From Octopus bimaculoides (Eukaryota): DNA of 40,473 nucleotides. Positions 10,465-22,284 of this stretch are shown piece after piece; within the stretch, counting starts at the first letter, position 1, and each line of letters begins with the position of its first letter. Under the pieces are notes generated by a model that saw only the letters and a list, made by a program, of their open reading frames with translations, was not told the DNA's origin and did no database searches. The stretch is from the NCBI RefSeq assembly GCF_001194135.2, contig NC_068984.1, positions 69,522,459 through 69,562,931 of the forward strand, in the 5' to 3' direction. A program made the translations under genes and the position numbers.

Positions 10465-11029
10465 CACATCATCTCTTACTCATATAGCAGTAGATTTTAG
10501 TTCTTTAAGAATTGTAAAGAAAACAATTATCAATGCTCAATCACAAGAAAAAAATAAAATAAAAGAATAAAATAAATTAATAACAAGATCCAAGATGATG
10601 ACAAAATATAAATGTTAAAAAGAAAAACAACAATATAAAACCACAAAAAAATTTCATTTAATGATCAAAAATTTGAAATTACAAGACCATAATACTTTAT
10701 ATTGTTTTATTTGAGTTCATTCCAGAGAGATGTTGCCAAAATTATTACTTTTATTTTATCATTTTTATTTCAATATTTTCTTGTGTGAACAAAAAAACAA
10801 AATCTAATCAAAAGTAATTTTCAATATAAATCCAGAGGGAAGTGATACTACAAGTATTAAGATAGGAAAATAATTAGAATTTAAGAGAAAAGAAAGAAAC
10901 AATTATTTATCTATTATGTTCCTTAACATCTAAACATCAATGGAAAAGAAAGAACTGAAAGAAAGTCATGCAGACATTTTTTTTTTTTTTAGAATTACAT
11001 TAATGTTATCAATGTTGCTATCATAAAGG

Positions 11030-11195
11030 CAGCCAATTGGCTCTGTTGTTATAGCTGTAGGTAGAATGTTTTACAGTACCTCTGTACTCTGAGTTCAAGT
11101 CTATTTGCATATTTTGATAAATAAAGCACCAGTTCACTACTGGAGTAAATTCTTCTTTCACAACAAGGCCTTTCATTATTTTTGAGGTTTGATAA
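11030..11195 (+). mobile_element. Degenerate Deu/Nin-like SINE; further fragments at ~10270-10420 (+), ~11700-11810 (+), ~12005-12110 (-)
   Basis: ctctgagttcaagtc...gataaataaagcaccagtt..actggagt...caaggcc resembles 7620-7760. Confidence 0.6.
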
Positions 11196-12164
11196 ATAAT
11201 GTGCTGGCTTAGAGCAGTGGATTAGAATAAATATTAGAGCATCAAATGGGATATCTGATAGTATCATCTTTCTGATCTTTGCATTCTCACTACAACATTT
11301 GCAGCATTAGTACCAAACTGTAGCATCCCTAAGACAACATCCATAACATGAAGAAGGGAGATTATATACATGGATAACTGTTATGTCTCAAACTACTGCT
11401 GTCTAGCACCTTCGGATGATCTCTACTTAACTGCTACTCGACTGCTACTCAACACTCCTACCACGGCCAGACTACTTCCATTTATATGTCTTGGGAGATC
11501 CTACTTCTTCGCCTGGGGGCGTCAACACAACAATAACCTACAGGTTTGCAAATAAGAGTAAAAAATGTAACCGATCCTGACCTAGGATTGCATGTTGGAG
11601 AAGAAATTTTCCGGTATAGACCCATAACACTATGAGATATAAAGAGTCCCCTTACATGCCTGAATCATTATCTTCATTAGGAAAAGTGACTGAATTTGTA
11701 GAATGCTAAATGAAAGGCTTTACTTCATTTAGTTGTGACTGCTTAAGTTCTGGGTTCAATTCTTGCTGAGGTTCACTTCCAGGATCAATAATTAAGTGTC
11801 AGTTGAATTTTTTTCTGTTTTATAAAAAAAAAATCTTTACTGTACAGTTATCTGTGTCCACCATGTTCACTGGTCCTTTTCGAGGATTTTTGTAGCATGC
11901 AAGAGGAGAAATTGTCATGACCTTCACATAGTGCAGCATAGACAGCCATGAAAGTGTGAGAAAGTAAAACTAAAAATATAAGAGAGAGAGAGAGAAGAAG
12001 AAGAAGAATCAACTCCAGTCCTTGAGTGGTAGCTTATTTTTGATCATGGAGGAGTGAAAGGCAATGTTGGCCTTTAAATCCAGAATTTAAATCCAGAATG
12101 TAGAGACCAGGAATAGTAATACTAAGTCTTTGACCATTACTCTAATGATTAAGTTGATTTATTA

Positions 12165-12665
12165 AGGTGGCAAGCTGGTAGAATTGTTGGCACTCTGTGT
12201 GAAATGCTTAGCAGTATTTCGTCCGTCACTGTGTTCTGAGTTCAAATTCCACTGAGGTCAACTTTGCCTTTCATCCTTTCAGGGTCGATTAAATAAGTAT
12301 CAGTTATGCACTGGGGTCGATGTAATTGAGTTACCTTCTCCCTCCAAATTTCTGCAGGTTGAGTAGCCCACCCTGCTCAAAAAGTCCCTGAATAAGATTT
12401 GTTGAAGGACAATGCACAAAACATACGGGTTTCCAAAGATGACTAATTCAAATCCCAAAGTATTTCATTCAACACATTGCTATGATGATCCTCCACTATC
12501 CATGCTCATAATCAGTGATGCTAATATCGTCAACCACCTAGAGACCTGCTCAACTGGTGTAGGTCAAGTAAATCTAAAGTATTGTGCAGTAAACTTGTGG
12601 TAGCCCATCTTTTATACCAGGACAAAACATGTTTATGATAACACTTCCAATTAGTTGAGATCATT
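12165..12665 (+). mobile_element. Deu/Nin-like SINE with internally deleted 3' extension
   Basis: Head matches 7562-7720; 12355-12660 matches 8270-8590. Confidence 0.8.
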
Positions 12666-12767
12666 TGTTTTTGTCTTTCTTTAAGCCAATCCTGATAGAG
12701 AAGATACATTGGAAAAGTCATTCCAATCATAACTACCCAACTGTTATCTTAAGATATTGCACAGAAG

Positions 12768-13190
12768 TGTAGGCATGGCTGTGTGTTTATGATGTGTGCT
12801 TCACAACAATGTGAAGCATGGCACCCTCAACCAGTAAATGTCTTCTACAATAGTCTAAGGCTGGCTAACATGATGTGGGTGAAATTCATTAGTGAAAATC
12901 GTATGGAAGCTCATCAGGCATACACAAACATACATATTTTTGTCATTCCACCACCCACAATTAGACTAAATATTAAATACATCATCATCAAAATCGTTAT
13001 TGTTGCCTTTCTCATCGTGATTTTATGTCTGCTTTCCATGCTACCATGGCTCAAACACATTGTCTTGGTTCAAGTTATTTCTTATTTGGAGTTAAAATGT
13101 TTGGAATGGTTTCTATGGCTAAATGCCCTTCCTAATACCAACCACTTTGTAGACCACTACTGAGAGCATTTTATCATGGTGCCCACACTT
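12768..13190. mobile_element. Degenerate composite-SINE head (+, 12768-12935) followed by RTE-like 3' tail fragment (-, 12975-13190)
   Basis: taggcatggctgtgtg...aaatgtcttctacaatag; tttccatgct...tgcccttcctaataccaaccact matches 32685-32815. Confidence 0.55.
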
Positions 13191-13679
13191 TAGGGGTTGT
13201 TATGTCTTTGACAAGGCCAACAGGCCCTCTTAACTCTGTGGGGGGTTTCCATCAATTCAGGATAGCATGATCAAGAGGGGGTGAATAGTAAGGAGAGTAA
13301 AGGCAGAAAAACTCAAGCGAGTAAATGAGAAGAGCAAAGATATGAGAGAAGAAAGCAGATTTATCAAGTGCGAATGTAGTAGAAGTATGAGCAATGGAAA
13401 AGTGGAGAGATTAATGGAAGAGAGACAGTAATGGCAACAACATTGATTGTATTCATCGCTCAAGTAGATGAAATAGATTCAAAAATGGATAAATATTTGT
13501 TTGTTTCATATGTTTGGAATGGAACCATATTCTTTACTAACATGTTTCTATCAGTGTGCAATTGACCCAGTTCAAAGCTTTATCATATGATTATCATTTG
13601 CATAAGCAGAGTATGTAAAACATTTACAATCAGAGAGAAAACTTCATGCACCCATTTAGTTCACTGGGAGGTTAAGAAG

Positions 13680-14150
13680 CCAATGAGAGAGCCTCTATAT
13701 GGTTGTGGTGCAATTTTCTAGAAATAGCAGTCAAATCTCCTCAGATCACTTGTCATTGCAGAAGAAAATAATACATTGGAATATAGGGTTTTGAATTCTC
13801 TGCACATTGGAGAAATATGGACTGGTTATGGGTGGATTCTCTTTGATCCTAAGTCTGCTTGATCATCATTGAACTGGGACTAAGTAATAATAATAGCAAC
13901 TTGGAAATTAATAGAAAAGTGTATGGCGTTTGTCACACTAAATACAAAATGTGTGAGCTAAAATGGTGTCATCACCTACAAAGAATAGCATTCAACTCTC
14001 ATACAAATCACATTTACCATCTTAAAAAAAGAACACAGACTGTAGGTTGATAGGCATAAATATACTGTTTGTGAAAGAAAATGCGATGGCTATGACATGA
14101 AGATCATAGTTCTGGTTGAGCAGAGCTGATCTGGAGTTAAATGTAACTTA
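13680..14150 (+). mobile_element. Two degenerate copies of another short interspersed family; reverse copies near 14760-14825, 21715-21850, 38555-38640
   Basis: Shared motif agaaatagca(g/t)(t/c)caa and its reverse complement ttgg(c/t)tgctatttct at all sites. Family not named. Confidence 0.45.
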
Positions 14151-15079
14151 GATAATGTTCTGATGATAATTGACAGAACTTGCCAGCCTAAATTCTGAAG
14201 CTGTTGTTCATGTTAAACACTGGAAAAAAAGCAATGCTTTGGTACAAATGATAATTCATTTCTCTCACAAGTTATTGATCAATTCAAAGTTCCCAGAAAA
14301 CATTTGTCTAAGGTGCTGTACTGTGGGATGAATTCTGGTATCGTGTTTGAAGGGAAAACTTCTTCACTACACCACTATGCCTGCACCCACTTGATTGAAT
14401 GAACTTTAATATATTAGATGGCTCAATGTTATCACTCCATAAAGAGATGAACAACACATGAACAACAGTTTCAGAATTTAGATCTGCTAAATAAACCTGT
14501 AAAAATCCATGTAACTTATTTTCACTTGTATCTTTTTGTTAACACATGTGCTATCTTATAATCAGCTTATCATGAGCAACACATCAATGGCTTACACCTC
14601 ATCATTCAATTGACTACTGAGGACCCATAATTCTGCTGAATCAAGTATGAATATGAGCTACACAACATCTATAACAAATGCAGAACTTAACCCAAGTAGC
14701 ACTCTTTTTTCAAGGATATATATATGACTAATGTCTTTTTTCTTTCATTAAAATAGAAGAGTAAAATTTGGGGGAGATTTGGTTGCTATTTCTCGCAATC
14801 CGAAAGACCATCTAGAGTTCCTTCAGTAGATCATGCTAAACAATACATCAAAATGTTGTCTTGTAACTTACATTTGAAACGTTTCAGCCATCTCACATGT
14901 ATATAAAATTTGATTAAAAGTGAAACTATTTTTTCCCCCATGTAATCAATATTCATGAGATCTATTACTCCAGAAATTCTTCTCTCATTACAAACACTTC
15001 CACAATGTATAATTTTATTTTTTTCTCTTATTACCTTACTTTTTAGTGATACCAATGATAAACTGTATCGTTATTTTTT

Positions 15080-15300
15080 ACCATTTACTTGTTTTTCAGT
15101 CATTGAACTGCAGCCAAGCTCTCACACCTTCTTGAAAAGTTTCATCAAAGAAACAAACCCCAGTACTAATATTTTAAGTCTGGTATTAATTCTATCAGTA
15201 TCTTTTTGGCCAAACTGTGAAGTTTGGAATATAAGGGATTATAACCAAACCAACATTGGTTGTCATGCAATGATGGGGAAAACATAAACACAATGACACA
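15080..15300 (-). mobile_element. Degenerate 3' half of the composite SINE
   Basis: tttcagtcattgaactgcagcc...ccccagtact...tattaattctatcagtatctttttggcc. Confidence 0.65.
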
Positions 15301-15829
15301 TACATATATACATACATGTGTGACTGTGTGGTGTATTATCTAATAAACATAATACATGTTTTTATGTGCTACTATTAGTTTCATGTGTTGAGAACAAGCT
15401 AAACATTGTTTCATAACATGTCTGACATCTTGACATAGTCATCAGGCACTGCCCACATAGCACAATGAATTAAAAATGGAATGAGAGAAGAAGCGAGAAA
15501 AGGTGAGAAGGAAGTATCTCACCTTATACAAGCACACACACACACATGTGGTTTGGCACACATACACTCATACACAGAATTAAGTAGATATTAATTCTGT
15601 GTGGAAGCATATGTGCACCAAACCACACGTGTGCATGCTTATATGTGCATGTGAGTTTGTATGTGTGAGTGTACATGTGCCAGACCCTGTATGTGTGGGT
15701 ATTTGTACATCCATATCTACTAACAGCTATATCTAATACTTTTTTTGTTATATTGTGTATTTTTTTATTTTTGTATGTGATGTTAGTTATGGATCTTCTA
15801 CAAGAATGTATACCTTAATTTGCCATTTC

Positions 15830-16300
15830 TGTATATGAAGACCAAGAAGAGATCTTGCAAAATAGAGTTTATTTTAATGAGATACCTCTTGAAATCACCT
15901 CAGGAAATACGTGTACAATTTCTATGTTCCAAAAAATTTAGCAAATATTTTCTCAAAATCTACAAATATCATACAGTTTACTATTCACTGTTGTTGTGGT
16001 TGCCTCTGTAATGAAAGTTCAATACAGTAATTTGAGTTGAAATAAGTGAAATGGCTTCAACTCAAAATTGACTTGAGATTTGGAATTTCTAGGGAGAACT
16101 TGGTCATGAGAACAGTGTCTCGATCAAGTTTAGCAGAATGATTTGGATTCCATTCACAATATATTTTCAGATCAAAAATGGTACCCCACTGGAACTTAGT
16201 CTATAATTTCCCTCATCTTTTTGAAAGCTTTATTTCATCTTGATATTCTGTTTATGTGATGATGGTGCCTACCAATGTAAATGTAAAATAATGCTGGTTT
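15830..16300 (-). pseudogene. Highly degraded non-LTR retrotransposon reverse-transcriptase fragment
   Basis: Minus: GNYR (NYR at 16200-16208) and CMIFVDFEK (DFEK at 15949-15960) about 250 nt apart, the spacing expected for LINE RT NYRP..DxxKAFD motifs; many stops and frameshifts. Confidence 0.45.
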
Positions 16301-18499
16301 CTTTGTCTCCATGAAATACATTAGGTGATACACTTTTTCCTATTACAACCTTGTAGAGTTACTTTATTCTTCTCTCTGTTCCAGGCATTTTGTTCCAAGA
16401 ATTGTTAATTTTCATTTATTTCTGTTTGTATACATTCCATGGCCACTCCTTTCATCCACCATCTCTTCAACTACTGATACTTCTTCCTTCAATAGCTGCC
16501 ATCTCTTCAATGTCAACTAATGTAGAAATGCTTCAGCTGAAGGTGACTGCCATCTTGTCAACACAACATTGCCAGTAAGCAGTTAGCAAAGTTTCTATAT
16601 ATATATTATCATTTACAGGAATATTTTTATGCTTGTGTTTTCCAGAATAAATTGTAATGGTATCTTAATATGTAGGCTTTCCTTTTTCGTTTTATTCCTT
16701 GTGTCTATGTTTAGAAAACTTATAAAACTTGTTATCGAACAGTGAGCTCATAAGACGTGCTATTTGGCTAATAATAATGATAATAAAAGCTAGTAATGAT
16801 AAATAGAAATAAAGGCACTGGCAAATGTTAGAAAGAAAAAAAACATGTCTTTCTTTATAAAAAAATTTCAAGGCTTTTCACTCTGCATCAGTTACATGGA
16901 GTATGATGAGGAGCTTAGCTATTTCTATATGTGTTTTATTGAAACAACATTAGAGAATAAGCTGTTTCAAATGAAAGGAATTACAGCAGCAACTAAAGTC
17001 TTATTCACTATACAGCTGCCAACTGCAAACTAAACAACACAGAAACTATTTTGAATTTTTGTAATTTTCTATAGTAAGCTGCGTTTGATTGAAAGAAAAC
17101 CAGTATATTACTGGTACCTTGAAGTAAGAATAGTAGAATTAGCTAAGATACAACCTAAACATAGAATATAATGTGAAAGGACTAAATACTCACAGGTATT
17201 CAGTCAACCAGTAAACTAGTATATAATAATAAATTACATCCACTGCCATATAAGTAAAGAAAATAATTCAACAAAAGATAATCAAAGCACACATGAAAGA
17301 TAATTGTATTAGTTGTTGCTTAGCACCAGTCAAGAACTTCAGTCTTTTATTATTCAAGCAGTGTATATAAGACTATGTTATGCAATTATCTTTTTTAAAA
17401 GATATTATAATGTAATTTGAATGAGATTAGGTTGCCATTTCTAATTGGCTGAACTAGCATGTTGATCTGTTGATTCAAAGACAAGAGAAAGTTGTATATC
17501 ACTGATGCAATATTATGTTTTGTTTCAACGCTGTACCGTATTACAAAATATACTGAGACATTAGCCAACACCATGTCAGTGTATACAATATATTTGTTGA
17601 CAGAGAAAAATGGGATCAGCCATATCAATTTCAATCATCCATTGAGATTTCATTACTGACTGAGTAACCTTTTCCACTGTTCATTAAGTCACTGCTATTA
17701 CTAAGAGCTTAAGTATATGCATTAGAACATATACACAGAATTCATGGCATCTAGTTGCAATACAAAATATTCTGGTATGTTAATAGAATTTTATTTCACT
17801 TTAGTAATGTACTGCAGAATATATCTATAGATCTTAGCCATCCCTACATGTAAGAAACATATATGATTACCTTGTCTTTCTATATAAAATTTCTGTGGAC
17901 AGAAAAAAATGGGATCAACTGGACTAGTTTCCATCCTTTTTGGGGATTTTATCATCAGCTGAGTACCCACTTCGACTGTTGATGGAGAGACCACATATAA
18001 ACTCATTATCACAAAGAGCTTAAATAAGCTGGATAGAATAGACCAATTTACTTTTTAAATTCACTCCTAATAGCAACTTCATCTAATAAATGGCTGTTTG
18101 TTTGTTTTAGTGCTGTTCTTTATATCTGAATATGTCTGAATAGTTTTAGTCAATACTGCATGTCAATGGTTCTAAACTGGTACATCCCAGTAAATAGATG
18201 CACTAGTAGGGTATCTAGGGGATTTTGAAAATATAATTTAAGGCCTTAGAATATCCGTACTAATGTTTGACTGTCATGAAAAATATGTTATTTGTTATTC
18301 TGTTTATAATACAAGCATGATTAATTAACCAAGGTAATCATTCCAAAAATTTTAACTTCAAACTGATTTCACCTGTAATTTTTTATTTGATCTCTAGAGA
18401 GCTACAAAATTAAAATGACAGAAAATTAATACAAAAGAGAATAGGCAGATATAGTACAATATAACATAAAAAGAACATATAGAACTTTGGTCAGTAACA

Positions 18500-18720
18500 T
18501 GACTATAGGCACATGGCCATAAATTTTAGGGGACAGCCAGGGGTGAGGATAATTGATTATATCAACCCCAGTGCTTGACTGGCATTTATGTTATTGTTCC
18601 TAAAAGGATGAAAAGCAAAATGGACTTTGATAGAATTTGAAATCAGAACGTAATGCCAGAAGAAAAACCACGAAGCATTTTGTCCAGCATGCTAGCGATT
18701 CTGTTAGCTTACCACCTTAA
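18500..18720 (-). mobile_element. Deu/Nin-like SINE
   Basis: atcaaccccagtgc..actgg...aaaggatgaaaagcaaa...gaatttgaaatcagaacg...agcatgctagcgattctg. Confidence 0.8.
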
Positions 18721-19009
18721 CACTGGTAAAAATGACAAAGTGGGATTACAAGCTTCTAGTAATGCAGTTTCTGTTTGGACTTCAAAAAAAAAAAAAAGAA
18801 AAAAATGCAAATGTGAGCTTCTCGTACAATTCTCTAGATATTCTATATTCTTTGTAATATAGTTAAAAATATGAAAAATAATTTCCTTCAGTTCTTCACT
18901 TTTAATTCAAATGATTAAGTAAGGCTTTTGCAATGTCAAAATTTATTAAGTAATTAATTATAGTTAATTAATTAAATAACATGTTTTGTTTGTTTGCTTG
19001 TTTTTTCAA

Positions 19010-19280
19010 TTATTAAAAGAAAACTTAATCAACAAACTCAAATGTTTACAGAAAATTCTTCCCTGTTTAATCCTTTTTTTCGTTCTTTTTGTGCTTATTT
19101 TCATCTAATTATTTAAAAACTTAATCAACAAATTCAAATGTTTACAGAAAATTCTTCTCTATTGAATTCTTTTTTTTTTTTTTGATTTGCACCCTTTTAT
19201 CTAATTATTTAAAAAAGTAATTGACAATTTCAAATGTTTACTGAAAATTCTCCTTCATTTCACCCTTCCTTTTTCGCTTA
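19010..19280. repeat. Tandem repeat, ~96-bp unit, ~2.7 copies
   Basis: aaa(c/g)t(t/a)at...caaatgtttac(a/t)gaaaattct starting near 19021, 19117 and 19214. Confidence 0.85.
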
Positions 19281-21544
19281 GTTTTGGTTGTAGCCATATT
19301 TCAGAACATGTATATTTTACTGGGGTGAGTGAGATATACACATGGTTCTTAGCATTCTTCTTGCAGCTATCACCTTTCTTACAGAGTATGTAATGATCAT
19401 TGTCCCATATTGTCCTTTGTTTCTATAAACATCGTTTTGATTGATCTGTAGATGCTTGTGATGAGTAAAACATTAGTCTCCATCACTACCATCACATGAG
19501 TAAAGATTCATAATCAACAAACAAACTTCTAGTTGTGACAGAATTAGAAACATTGTATTCAAACCCTATTGGAGGATTTGTTTTGAGTGGAGAAAACATA
19601 CGGCATTTGAAGCTAACTAAAGAATAAACTGATTGACTAGGTGGCACATTGTGTCTTTGAGCTAGAAAGTTTTTCACTACTCAATTGTAAATGAGTATCA
19701 ACTGAGGACTGGTGCAGTTCTCTTTCCAACTGTCACACTGTCAGTGTTCTGCTGAGTCAAGAGAGGTCAGCCCAAGAGGATGTTTATGTCTCTTTGAAAT
19801 AATATAGGCATCTAAAACAATTAACAAAATGCATTGTGTTTGCTACCACTCATACTCACTTCCAAGTAACAGCTATGCTTGTAAGATTGCACGTAAATTT
19901 TTCTATATGTATATATATGAATAAGTATACTTTGCTAATGTATATCATTGAAATATATATAAACAGCAGTGAGAAAACCAAACTATTACCTCTTTGAAAA
20001 TTGAGGTATATTGGTTTATTTACTTTGCATCAAGTTACAGACACTCCCTAATCACCTTTACTTTTAGAAATGCAGTGAATCAGTAATTAGAAATTTATAA
20101 CAACTGAAACTATTGTTCACCAATTGGTATATAAAATATATAAATAGATAGCAAGTGACAATCAATGCCCTTACAGCAGATTTTGTACCTGTTTCTACAG
20201 ATTTGCTTTATATTTTTCTCCCCATCCCTATCCCGCCAACTGCCATATTCACTTTCTTTTCACACTTTCCTTGAACATTCTCTTCTCACTCTTTGCTTTT
20301 TATATTTTTTTAATTCAGATGAATACATCCCTAGTTTGCCAGTCACTTCAGTATTCAGTATTGTTGTGTCAATCTTCCTAACATTTTTCCCTATTTATTA
20401 CCTGTTCTTCTATATTTTTATCAATCTTAGCACATTTATTTTGTGACAATTTTCTATGGATATTCCAGCTTCACCAAAATTGCTGACATTTCAGAAAGAA
20501 TTGGCAGTGTGTTATATGCTTTGTTAGACCAGTTGCAGTAAATTAAGAAGGAAAGGAATTTATTTATTTTACAGTTCCTGTACATACATACTGATTGTGT
20601 CTTAAACTATTAGGTCAACTTGAGAGGAATGACAGATTTTTTAAGGAATATTTTCAATTTATATGGCTAGCTTTTCCGATTGAGTAATACTGACATACGA
20701 AACCAATTTCAGACATGCTTCCCAAAATCATATACACATGCACTTGTGTTTGTGTTGTGTTTGTGCATTATTCTCGGAATGTGCATGCAGTGAATTAGCA
20801 GAAATATCTGAGCATAACACTGAATGTCTTGTAGCAATTTCTCTGACTTTTCATCCTCATTTCTTGGTAGATCAACTTAATTCATCAGTCAGTTTAACAC
20901 CATTGTTTGGTCCTTAGGTAGGTGTCGTAAACAATCAGATAAGTTCTCCAATTTCATGATAACATTCTTCATTCTTCCCTTCAGTCTCAGAAACCCTGAA
21001 AACAAAAGGGCCATGGGTACTGCCCTTCCCATTGACAAAGCATTAAAAATATAGTAAATATGAAGCAGAAATTTTTAAAACTTTCAATATAACTTCATGT
21101 TGCTTTTTCAGCTTCAGGTTAGCCATGTTGGAGTAGACTTATGATTAAAAGTATTTTGGCCTTGACCAACTCATCATCATCATCTCATGCCATCCTGTTA
21201 TGCACTTGTTAAGAATATGACTGGTGAAAGCAATAAATAATCAGACAAGTAGGTAAAAGATGAATGGTTCTTATCCAGTATCAGGTGCTTTGTTATATCT
21301 ATATTTAACGTATTTACTTCTCAATTTCTGACCAAATAGTACTCAGTACTATCTCTAAATATTGTTTGATTTACACCTAATGGAGTTGCAGGAATGATTT
21401 TCTATGTCTGACCATAGTAAATTTCTTCTGCTAGGATGAGCGCAAGAGGAAGGGGGAGAAAGAAGAAACAGAAAAGAGGAAACAGAGAGAGAGAAATGGT
21501 AAGAGAGATATAAAAGGGGTGAGAGTGTGAGAGAGAAGAGAAGA

Positions 21545-21680
21545 ATTGACCTCAGCACTAGACTGTTATATTACGTATCAATTCTAAATGTATCAGTGGC
21601 AAAGTCGACATTGGCAGGTTTTTAAATTCAGAGTACAGGGAAATGGAATAAATGGTGCTATCTATTCTAGTCAAAAACTA
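21545..21680 (-). mobile_element. Degenerate Deu/Nin-like SINE fragment
   Basis: aattgacctcagcac...ggcaaagtcgacattggcagg...aaattcaga. Confidence 0.55.
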
Positions 21681-22284
21681 ATGATTTCAGTCAAATTGAT
21701 ACCTAAAATGATGTTTATATCTGTAGATCAGTTCTGACTGAGCAGAAGTACAGTTACCAACATTCTTGCCTTGATTAACATACCAATCTTTAAAGCAGTA
21801 TCCTGTGAATTGAAGAAAAGCTGGCAGCTATTTCTAGCCGAGCAAATTACAACAATTGTGATCCAAAAGTGCTTACACATTGGCTGGGTTTAAAGAAGCT
21901 GCAAAAATTGTACTATGAATATTGAAAGTTATTCACTTAGATTGTACTGAACATATATAAGAAATGGTCGTTAACTTTCATGTACACTACAGAGCTACTT
22001 TCTTCTGGCCAATATTATCATGGGTGCATATAAACTTCTAATCTATGATCTATAGTATTTCAGTCTATAAATGAAGCAAACATTGCACAGACTTTGGCTT
22101 ATGTCTAGTACAAGATAAGTAAACAAAAATTCAGGGAAAACTAAAGACATATGTACTATAATTTATTGAACTTAAGTATTACAACAAACAAAAATACAAA
22201 TAGCTTTCTTAGACAAATATAGTGTGATGCTGACAATATCAATTCAAAATTATTAATAATTCTGCAAATTTTAGTTTGTTGGTC

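Noticed and set aside
13160-13480. Possible LINE-derived coding remnant
   Set aside because: No diagnostic motif recoverable in any frame.
17595-17625. DREKWD / DRKKWD on plus, reminiscent of viral RdRp motif A (endogenous viral element)
   Set aside because: Stops follow within 20 codons and no motifs B or C are present.
20903-20996. Strong minus-strand acceptor (ccttttgttttcag) with a short open frame; similar candidates near 14496, 19820 and on plus at 34123-34264 and 35706-35799
   Set aside because: Weak donors or stops, phases do not chain, candidates occur on both strands and peptides are unrecognised; expected by chance in AT-rich DNA.
22060-22130. Possible Helitron 3' hairpin plus CTRR terminus
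   Set aside because: No convincing GC-rich hairpin at the right distance from a CTAG; terminus not defined.
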